This document shows positions 40,601 to 48,042 of a stretch of DNA of 59,165 nucleotides, one piece after another. The stretch covers positions 1 to 59,165 of the IMG/VR virus record IMGVR_UViG_3300028418_000005. One strand, given 5' to 3'. A program made the translations under genes and the position numbers. Under the pieces are notes generated by a model. It was not told where the DNA came from. It saw only the letters and a list, made by a program, of their open reading frames with translations, and searched no databases. The stretch is from a virus. Lineage: Duplodnaviria; Caudoviricetes. Within the stretch, counting starts at the first letter, position 1, and each line of letters starts with the position of its first letter.

Positions 40601-43600
40601 GCGGAGCTTTATTGTTTTTAGGTATGTCTAGACCAGACAAGTATAGTAAACAGACTATAGAAAGATTTAGAACAGAGGTAGATTTAATAAGAGGGAACAA
40701 TCCACAGTGGAATAAACTTAGAAGATCTCTAGGTATGAAAACTGTTTCTGATAAAAGCGAAGAGTACGAACAAGGTGAAGAAGCTTTTTCTGAAAGAGTT
40801 GATTCAGCTTTAGAACTTAAAAAAGAGGAAATAAATAATAGTAACAAATCTGATGCTCAGAAAAATCAAGAAATATCTGCATTAGAATTTAACGCTAATA
40901 GATTAAAATTAAAAATACCTTTAGATGTTTTAGCTAAAGATTTGGCAAACCCAGCAGTCATGGGTAGCTATAAAGAATTAGAGCAAGCTGCTTATGCTAT
41001 ATCTACAGGAGGTTTTAATGCTAAGAACTTGTCTGTTATAGAAGCTGCATCTTTTACTAGTGACGGAACGTCTGGTGTTAAAATGTTAGAGTTTTATGGA
41101 TTAGATGCTGCTCAAGCCCAACAAGTTGTAGATTTTAGTTACTCAATGAGAGATGTAGCTAAAAGACATTTTCAAGGAGATTTAACTAATGCTAATTTTC
41201 AAAAATACATAGACGAATCTATAACAGAAAGTAGATTAGAATCTTCTAAGGAAAAAATAAAGAAAAATTATGAAGCTAAACGCATAGATAAAGCTGATTA
41301 TGAATCTCAAACAGAAGAAATAGATGCTCAACTAGATATTAACTTGAAATCTAAAAAGCGATTACTTGAAGCTGCTAAAGTAGAAAGAGCAGGCAAAGAG
41401 TTAGAAAAAATTGAAGAATACAAGAAAGCTGGTTTTGAAATTAAAGAAATGAACGATGCTGAAATGAAGAAATTCATGGAAGATAATGGTGGTAATTTTA
41501 GTTCAACTGGTTTTGGTTATCAAGGTGTTGTTAATGGTAAGTCTATAGCTTTAATTAACACGGATGCTACTGCTAGAGAAAATGTTGGTGGAACAGAGGT
41601 ACATGAAATATGGCATCATCCATTTGAAAGAAGACTAGGTGACGAAGCTATGGCTAAGAAAATAGAGTCTTTAATGAAAGATGAAAATCTAACAGAAGAG
41701 CAAGCATCAGCCAAAGTGGACAGCGAAGCTAGGGAATACTTAGATGGTTTTCAAAATGCTTTAGAAAACAGAGGTATATTAGACTTAGTTGACAAAGAAG
41801 TATTTTCAAGACCAGGAATACTAAAAGAGCTTGTAGAAATAGACAAAGACGGTAACGTAAGCCTTAAAGATATGTCTAATGTTTCTATACGTGAAATGAA
41901 AGAGTTTGTTAATGAGTTTATACAGTTAAATGAAAATGGTGCTTTTAATAATTTAAAATCTGAAGGACAAAGAAAAGCTGCTGAAAAACAAAACACTAAA
42001 GATCTTACAGAAAAAGAGTACAACGACGCGTTAAATGATCCTATTAAATTTGTAGACTTTGTCTTGAGTGGTAAGTATAATAGTAAAAATATTAATGATT
42101 TTTTAAAGCGTGAAGCAGATGCTTTAGGTATGGAAACTGAAACAACGGGTTTACAAGCATCGGAAAAAATAATATCTAAAGGTAGTAAAGACGCTTCTGA
42201 AGTAAACAAAAAAATTGAAACTAAAATTATTGATCAAGGTAGTGGTGGTGTAAGAGTTAGGGATATAAAAGATTCTAAGTTTAAAAAACAAATTACAGAT
42301 GAATTAACTAAAGCTAATAACACCATGATAGAGGTTAGAGCTAGAAGAGCAGCTAATAATCCTAGAATACAAGCTTTAGAACCTTCTAAAAGAGTTTCTG
42401 AAAAAGAATTTCAATCTGCTTTTAATGCTGAGTTTGTTGAAGCTTTAGGTCAGTACAAGCCAGTTGTTGATGGTAAAAGAATACCATTTGGAGCATATAT
42501 GAATCAACGTTTGACTCAACGATTTAAACAAGCTTTAGACAAAGCTAAGCAAGGTCAATTTGAAGGTCCTGAAGTTAGATTAGAACAACCCACGAAAGAA
42601 GGTGAAAGAGGTTTTGATACTGAATCAAAAGATCTTAACCCTGAAGAAGCTATGATAGCTAAAGAGTCAGGTAAAACTGAAACTACTAAAGAAACTAAAA
42701 CAATAAATCCATTAGAAGCTCCAAATGTAAAACCTAAAGCAAAAGAAATTGAAGATGCTATAGACTTTACAGAGGCAGATGCTGTAGGTATGCGTACAGG
42801 TGGTTTTAAAGGAGTAGGTGAAACTTACGGAGGTAAAGCTGCTTCAATAGCTTTTGGAGTTCCTGAAGCTAAAATAATGGATCCAAAGAAAAATCTTACT
42901 TATGCTAAGAAGATTAAAGATGGTATTCCAGAACCATCTGAAGCTGGTAATATTCAACAAGCTTTTACTAATAAAAGTAAAGTAGAAACATTTATTAAAA
43001 ACCTACCTGAGACAAATGTTAGTGACATGCAGACTAATATTGGTTTAGAAAAACTAAATGTATCAAGAGATGTATATGGTTATGGAACTGGTATTAATAA
43101 TAGAGTATTAAAAACTTTTTATAATAAAACTGGTAAAAGATCTAAAGGTTTGACTAGTCAACCTGCTATATGGGAATTAAAACCAGAGTTTAAAGGTAAA
43201 ATATCTAATGAGACTATAGCTAAAGTACAAAAAGAATTAGGTATTACAGAAGCTGGTCAATTAAATAAGTATGATAGAAACATTGGTCAATTACTTAAAG
43301 GAGTTGCTAAGCTAGAAGGTTATCAAATAGCTAATACAGTTGTAAGAAAAAAGATAGAGGGTATGGATATTAAGTCCGCAACCCCTACAAAACAATTATT
43401 AGCAGATTTAAAGGCTGGAGCAAATAGATTTCAGGCGTCAGCAAAAAAGAAAAGCATTCAAGAAAAAAGTGATGAAAGACTAGATAAAAAAGCTCCAGGC
43501 ACAAAATCAATTCAAAGTCAAATTGGTCAAAAAACAGTTGTTCAAAGAGTTACTAAAGCTATGCTTGGGGACGTGGCTGATGCAGGAGGAAACTTTTTCC

Positions 43601-46600
43601 TTAAACAAGGAGGTTTCATGGGTTCGTCAGTGTGGAACAATTCTGGTGCATTGTTTGAAGCTGCTTTAAGAAAAGGTTTTCCTTTTGTAGGAAATTATTT
43701 AAATAAAATAGAGTCGCTCACTAAAGACTTCATTGTTAAAGAAGAAATGACAGAAGCTAAAGCTAGAAAAAAAGCTGAAGAGGTAATGTCTTTAACTAAA
43801 GAAGCTTTAGATTTAGGTTTAACTTTAGAAACTTCTTCATTGCAGAAAGCGATGAAAGAACAAATAAAAAGTAATCCAGAAAAATACAACAAGTATAGTG
43901 ACAAACAATTAAAGCAATTAGATAAAGCTATTAATGCTCAAGACTATAAAAAGTTAGAGAAAAACTTAACAGAATTATCTGATATAAAAGCAGGTAAAGA
44001 CTTGTTAATAGATATGTTTAAAGAAATATATGATAAAGATTCTAAAAACTTAGATGTATTATCTTACATGATGTATCATGCTAATTCTAACTCACATCCT
44101 ATGAGAAACTTTGCTACTGTATTAGGCAAGGAGTTAGGTTTAAAAGGTAGAGGACATGAAGAACACACTCTTCCTTTTGGTGAATTTAGTCAACTAATGT
44201 TAGATGCTATAACAGGGAAAAATGTAGATCTACCTGGTTTTAAAAAATGGATTAATGAAAATTACTTTCAAGAAGTAACTAGTAAAGGAGATCCTAATAA
44301 TGGAATATTTAAAACTAAAGAAATATTAGATCACCCTAGAAGATCAACTGATAAATTAGGCAATGATCTAGAATCTTGGGACTCCGCTAATCAACTTCAT
44401 CCCGAACTTAAAATACAACTTGCTGAAGCATTAGCTGGTAAAAGAAAATTTAAAGATGTAATATCGGCAGATATAAGAAAATATAATGAGTATTCGTCAG
44501 AAAGAGGTTATGTAAATCCTAATAAAATGAATAGACTAGGTGTTACTGACGCTAAAAGATACAACGTTGAGGTTCCTAAAAAGTTACAAAACAATTCTAA
44601 CATAATAGAAATACAAAATCATTTAATACACCAGCAGCTTATAGGCAAGATGAGTGCTAAAGAAGCTAGAGAAATGATGGATTTAGCTATTAAAGATGCA
44701 CCTGCTAGGTTAAAAGCTACAAGAGCTGATTATAAAATGTTAAAACAATCTCCTGTACTTAACTTAAGTGAAAAAATGTCTACTAATGATTTGGTTAGAA
44801 AAGCTAGAATTATAGACAAGGCACTGGCTAATGCTAGAAAAACGAACAAAAAACCTAAAAAAATTAGAGTATTTGATTTTGATGATACTGTTGGTGTTAG
44901 CAAAAATAAAGTATTTGCATTAAGAGAAGGTGTAAAAAAAGTATTAAATGCGGAGGAGTTTGCTAAAGAAGGTTTAGATCTTATAGATGAGGGTTGGGAA
45001 ATGGACTTTTCTGATTTCAATAAAGTAACTGAAGGTGGTAAAGGTCCATTATTTGACTTGATGAAGACAATGAAAGAAGCTAAAGGTGAAAGAGATATGT
45101 TCATACTAACTGCTAGAGCTCCTGAAGCTGCACCTGCAATACACATGTTTTTAAAGGAAATGGGTATTGATATACCTATAGAAAACGTTGTTGGACTAGG
45201 TAAATCTACAGGCGAAGCTAAAGCTAATTGGCTAGTTGGTAAAGCTGCAGAAGGATATAATGATTTTTATTTTGCTGACGATGCACCTCAAAATGTTAAA
45301 GCAGTTCGTGACGCTTTAGAAGTTCTTGATATTAAATCTCAAGTTCAACAAGCTAGAATGAATGCTAGTGAAAAGCTAAGTGAGGACTTTAATAAAATAC
45401 TAGAAGAAAAAACAGGTATAGGTGCGGAGAAAGTGTTTTCTGATATTAAAGCTGAAATAAGAGGTAATAAAGCTAGAAAGCAAAAATTCTTTATACCACC
45501 ATCTGCCGAGGATTTCTTAGGTTTATTATACGCTACATTACCAAAAGGTAAAAAAGGTGAAGCTGCATTAGACTTTTATCAAAAGAATTTATTTGATCCT
45601 TACACTAGAGCTACAGATAATTTATCAAGAGATAGAGTGAATTTAATGGATGATTTTAAAGCTCTTAAAAAAGAATTAGATGTTCCAGCAGATCTTAGAA
45701 AAGAAACTAAATCAGGTTTTACTAATGAACAAGCTGTAAGAGTTTATATGTGGGGAAAAGAAGGTAAGGATGTTCCTGGATTATCTAAGTCTGATTTTAA
45801 AGAACTAAATGACATTATTGAAGGTGATGCTAAATTAAAATCTTTTGCTGATCAAATATTTGAAATAACAAAAGGAGATGGATACAATACCCCGGGTAAG
45901 GACTGGGCTGTAGGTACTATAACAACAGATCTTATAGAGGTTCTTAACAAAACTAAAAGAGCTAAGTATCTAGAACCTTGGAAACAGAATGCTGACATTA
46001 TATTTAGTAAGGAGAACTTAAATAAGCTTGAGGCAGCTTATGGCAAAAAATATAGAGAAGCTATGGAAAACACGCTTTCTCGTATGAAATCTGGTAGTAA
46101 TAGAACATCAGGTGGTAATAGATTAAGTAATCAAGTTTTGGATTATATAAATAACTCAACTGGTGTCACCATGTTCCTTAACACTAGATCTGCGCTACTA
46201 CAAACAATATCAGCTGCCAACTTTGTAAACTGGAGTTTTAATAATCCGCTAATGGCTGGTAAAGCTTTTGCTAATCAACCTCAATACTGGAAAGACTTTG
46301 TTAAGCTAATGAACTCTGATTATTTAAAAGACAGGCGTAATGGTCTTAAACTTAATATAAATGAATCTGAAATAGCTGATGCTGCTAAAACGTCAAAGAA
46401 TAAAGCTAAAGCTGCTTTAAATTATATATTAGAAAAAGGTTACTTACCTACTAAATATGCAGATAGTTTTGCTATAGCATCTGGTGGAGCTATGTTTTAT
46501 AGAAATAGAATAAATGATCTTGTTAAAAAAGGTTTTACTATTAGTGAAGCAGAAACTCAAGCAATGAAAGAGTTTAGACAAGTGTCAGAAAAATCTCAAC

Positions 46601-47496
46601 AGTCTTCTGATCCTAGTAAAATATCTTCTCAACAGTCTGGTGATTTAGGTAGGATAATACTACAGTATGCTAATACACCTATGCAGTATGCTCGTATACA
46701 AAAAAGAGCTGTACAAGATATAGTGAACGGAAGAGGAGATATGAAAGCTAATGTTAGTAAAATAATATACTATGGATTTTTACAAAACTTAATATTCAAT
46801 GCTTTACAACAAGGAGCATTTGCTTTAGGATTTGGAGATGACTTTAGTGATAAAGATAAAGATGATAAGTTAGTTAATACTGTTAACGGTATGTTAGATT
46901 CTTCTCTTAGAGGTTTAGGATTAGGCGGTGTATCTCTTCAAGTTCTTAAAAATTTAGGTTTAGATGTTTATAAAAGATCAAAAAGAGATAGACCAGAATA
47001 TGTAGATTCTTACTATAAGCTGCTTGAATTTTCACCTGCTATAAAAAGTAAGCTATCAAGGTTTAAGTCTGCAGCCTACCCGTTTGATAGTAAAAAACGT
47101 AGAGCAGAAGTTTTTGATAAAGGTTTTAGCTTGGACAATCCTGCTTATGAATCGATGGCTAAGGTTGTAACAGCAGTTACTAATGTGCCTTTAGATAGAA
47201 TGTATTTGAAAATTGATAATTTGAAAAATGCTACAGCAGATGAGACTGAAACTTGGATGGGAGTTGCTAACTTTCTAGGTTGGCCAACATGGCAGCTAGA
47301 ACCTAAAGAATATAATAAAGCTAATAATGTTAGTGTTAAATCAACAGTTCCAAAAGTTAAAACAAAAAAGGAAAAAATTGATAAATTAAAATCTATGACC
47401 TATATACAGCTAAGGAATAAAGCTAAAAAAGAAGGTAAAGAGTATTCAGGTAAGAATAAAAAAGAATTGATAGATATACTAAAGAAAAATATGTAA
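37633..47496 (+). CDS. giant polyvalent virion/ejection protein (zincin HExxH, sigma-like segment, HAD domain, C-terminal Rho-N/HeH-like motif)
   Basis: 3287 aa; HEIWH at 41602; IPFGAYMNQRL at 42481; VFDFDDT/LTAR/FADDAPQN HAD motifs at about 44870-45295; MTYIQLRNKAK...KNKKELIDIL at the end. Confidence 0.75.
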   Translation: MNEEYLELLFSAYGNEVGDDYDAFKTAMSNEDYSRMLFETHSEELGDDYAEFNKAVGINIEPYVEPEEEVSMSGEYGVKEQDVFGSSEPIKPVISKDISYDDFNMKGQNSAFDNAEEDLEDKLSALYPNLTFDTPIMNGGVSSDMLDVTNEDGEVFSWKMNTDYNAGKRDSDGEYTVVDPEDREQESRDNYINFLEFANKSKYKDGKYKNPNDIRTLGPDYMVKNDQGQDIEMQVTPGLTQKAISIMKSNPDVTSLDEAIDIAVDTEFGQMNIAWQGSVQNKKAKENFEFKNKVKSLASDNNFNPNISGSATGLEASSELNNTIEVLEELGMPKEVVASARADAENNIGFLDYLASGGSSNPMSFNAGDPTFTRPASVAARGVVNSNQEIRNNVRAWLDGSQTWGENTNGPLVLKAYNEFVDQKSKEEADNNIKQKVIEDGINQEQVIKRQEQLLNAEGNTLSKEQALVQAEKDVIALTVQDIKTKKAKEDGDRVLKAELPYYEGKSKSKIEALQSELAEINKLEEGQEKAIKYKEYLNKVRDFLDDDEVNLLKQGDKFVRKDRQEQADNLNSIVKSGVKDLLLEAPDKLDEKLLDTDTELLNLAKEIKRKGLSETLNEGSALQLVGALGQELVGAEGSAFEDFRKIEKWVETGEMPDLLTPLPVSTTDSYLTSPYGDASGSDPLVKKYNDLLQYRSTLLLAQSLNADPTSFGKTESGVGRFLEGVVEATPEAVGMNSGLTNDKQRELGFDILEDVYGIKKTDKDKANLYQVEHDLWKSSGKMIPGLMRMGAEIYLTTVATGGMGFGPAVLRSATFRTLLRGGVSRGMADKIAAYGTAVMTEYVGLQGSNAMERSLDFGPGIENPGLFALTASAIRLTGAQASSKFNDAIIDTYRTGSNAQRNALEYFYAFPTTASTEAGALKYTNSLVDRSVKSLSRTTMAAGGKITGAAGGALTISTADNVGAVLAGDKTVAQALNDVTNPDHLMELGGALLFLGMSRPDKYSKQTIERFRTEVDLIRGNNPQWNKLRRSLGMKTVSDKSEEYEQGEEAFSERVDSALELKKEEINNSNKSDAQKNQEISALEFNANRLKLKIPLDVLAKDLANPAVMGSYKELEQAAYAISTGGFNAKNLSVIEAASFTSDGTSGVKMLEFYGLDAAQAQQVVDFSYSMRDVAKRHFQGDLTNANFQKYIDESITESRLESSKEKIKKNYEAKRIDKADYESQTEEIDAQLDINLKSKKRLLEAAKVERAGKELEKIEEYKKAGFEIKEMNDAEMKKFMEDNGGNFSSTGFGYQGVVNGKSIALINTDATARENVGGTEVHEIWHHPFERRLGDEAMAKKIESLMKDENLTEEQASAKVDSEAREYLDGFQNALENRGILDLVDKEVFSRPGILKELVEIDKDGNVSLKDMSNVSIREMKEFVNEFIQLNENGAFNNLKSEGQRKAAEKQNTKDLTEKEYNDALNDPIKFVDFVLSGKYNSKNINDFLKREADALGMETETTGLQASEKIISKGSKDASEVNKKIETKIIDQGSGGVRVRDIKDSKFKKQITDELTKANNTMIEVRARRAANNPRIQALEPSKRVSEKEFQSAFNAEFVEALGQYKPVVDGKRIPFGAYMNQRLTQRFKQALDKAKQGQFEGPEVRLEQPTKEGERGFDTESKDLNPEEAMIAKESGKTETTKETKTINPLEAPNVKPKAKEIEDAIDFTEADAVGMRTGGFKGVGETYGGKAASIAFGVPEAKIMDPKKNLTYAKKIKDGIPEPSEAGNIQQAFTNKSKVETFIKNLPETNVSDMQTNIGLEKLNVSRDVYGYGTGINNRVLKTFYNKTGKRSKGLTSQPAIWELKPEFKGKISNETIAKVQKELGITEAGQLNKYDRNIGQLLKGVAKLEGYQIANTVVRKKIEGMDIKSATPTKQLLADLKAGANRFQASAKKKSIQEKSDERLDKKAPGTKSIQSQIGQKTVVQRVTKAMLGDVADAGGNFFLKQGGFMGSSVWNNSGALFEAALRKGFPFVGNYLNKIESLTKDFIVKEEMTEAKARKKAEEVMSLTKEALDLGLTLETSSLQKAMKEQIKSNPEKYNKYSDKQLKQLDKAINAQDYKKLEKNLTELSDIKAGKDLLIDMFKEIYDKDSKNLDVLSYMMYHANSNSHPMRNFATVLGKELGLKGRGHEEHTLPFGEFSQLMLDAITGKNVDLPGFKKWINENYFQEVTSKGDPNNGIFKTKEILDHPRRSTDKLGNDLESWDSANQLHPELKIQLAEALAGKRKFKDVISADIRKYNEYSSERGYVNPNKMNRLGVTDAKRYNVEVPKKLQNNSNIIEIQNHLIHQQLIGKMSAKEAREMMDLAIKDAPARLKATRADYKMLKQSPVLNLSEKMSTNDLVRKARIIDKALANARKTNKKPKKIRVFDFDDTVGVSKNKVFALREGVKKVLNAEEFAKEGLDLIDEGWEMDFSDFNKVTEGGKGPLFDLMKTMKEAKGERDMFILTARAPEAAPAIHMFLKEMGIDIPIENVVGLGKSTGEAKANWLVGKAAEGYNDFYFADDAPQNVKAVRDALEVLDIKSQVQQARMNASEKLSEDFNKILEEKTGIGAEKVFSDIKAEIRGNKARKQKFFIPPSAEDFLGLLYATLPKGKKGEAALDFYQKNLFDPYTRATDNLSRDRVNLMDDFKALKKELDVPADLRKETKSGFTNEQAVRVYMWGKEGKDVPGLSKSDFKELNDIIEGDAKLKSFADQIFEITKGDGYNTPGKDWAVGTITTDLIEVLNKTKRAKYLEPWKQNADIIFSKENLNKLEAAYGKKYREAMENTLSRMKSGSNRTSGGNRLSNQVLDYINNSTGVTMFLNTRSALLQTISAANFVNWSFNNPLMAGKAFANQPQYWKDFVKLMNSDYLKDRRNGLKLNINESEIADAAKTSKNKAKAALNYILEKGYLPTKYADSFAIASGGAMFYRNRINDLVKKGFTISEAETQAMKEFRQVSEKSQQSSDPSKISSQQSGDLGRIILQYANTPMQYARIQKRAVQDIVNGRGDMKANVSKIIYYGFLQNLIFNALQQGAFALGFGDDFSDKDKDDKLVNTVNGMLDSSLRGLGLGGVSLQVLKNLGLDVYKRSKRDRPEYVDSYYKLLEFSPAIKSKLSRFKSAAYPFDSKKRRAEVFDKGFSLDNPAYESMAKVVTAVTNVPLDRMYLKIDNLKNATADETETWMGVANFLGWPTWQLEPKEYNKANNVSVKSTVPKVKTKKEKIDKLKSMTYIQLRNKAKKEGKEYSGKNKKELIDILKKNM

Positions 47497-47546
47497 AATA
47501 AGGAACAATAAAATACTGGGCACCATACCCAAAAGTTCCTGTAACC

Positions 47547-47580
47547 AAAAAAGGGGAGGTCATTACGACTTCCCCTTTTT
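47547..47580. terminator. bidirectional intrinsic terminator between the convergent arms
   Basis: A-run GGGGAGGTC-ATTAC-GACTTCCCC T-run. Confidence 0.85.
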
Positions 47581-47584
47581 ATAT

Positions 47585-47626
47585 TTAACACCATGGGCAA
47601 AATCCGCCCGGACATCCGTCACACAT
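47585..47626 (-). CDS. candidate 13-aa Cys-rich micropeptide MCDGCPGGFCPWC
   Basis: ATG 3 nt after upstream stop, TAA just before terminator; read manually. Confidence 0.4.
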   Translation of the reverse strand: MCDGCPGGFCPWC

Positions 47627-47629
47627 AAT

Positions 47630-47785
47630 TCATATTTTAAAAGTTATACCTATTGACACTATAAAAGCGCCACTTGCTATTGCAAGAGTGTTTGGGTTAC
47701 TGCCAAAACCTTGGCCATGCCACATCATGTTTGCACCTGACATTGTCATCATGCCAATACCGCTTATAATTGCTAGTTTTTTCAT
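47630..47785 (-). CDS. 51-aa membrane microprotein
   Basis: MKKLAIISGIGMMTMSGANMMWHGQG...AIASGAFIVSIGITFKI; ATGA-coupled; read manually. Confidence 0.6.
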   Translation of the reverse strand: MKKLAIISGIGMMTMSGANMMWHGQGFGSNPNTLAIASGAFIVSIGITFKI

Positions 47786-48042
47786 TTTTTTATTTTTATT
47801 ATAAGATAAACGTTAGAGAACATTATACTTATTAAAATAATAGTTGCATATATTATAGCATCACCTAAATAAGGTTTAACTGCTAAAGTAAACGCAGATA
47901 AAGTTACCATTTTAATAAATAAACTTCCGTACATAATACCATAGCCGGCTTTTGCAAACCGACTAGTTAGTATTATTACCATAAATGTTATTACAAGAAC
48001 CAGTATTGCAGCAACAAATCCGTAAACAGCTGATGCTATCAT
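47782..48042 (-). CDS. 3-TM membrane protein
   Basis: 86 aa, almost entirely hydrophobic; ATAA overlap with RNR stop. Confidence 0.65.
   Translation of the reverse strand: MIASAVYGFVAAILVLVITFMVIILTSRFAKAGYGIMYGSLFIKMVTLSAFTLAVKPYLGDAIIYATIILISIMFSNVYLIIKIKK

Noticed and set aside
44869-44892. DFDD in the giant protein as an RNA polymerase catalytic motif
   Set aside because: Context VFDFDDT plus downstream TAR and DD motifs fits HAD, not the DxDGD/DFDID double-psi barrel
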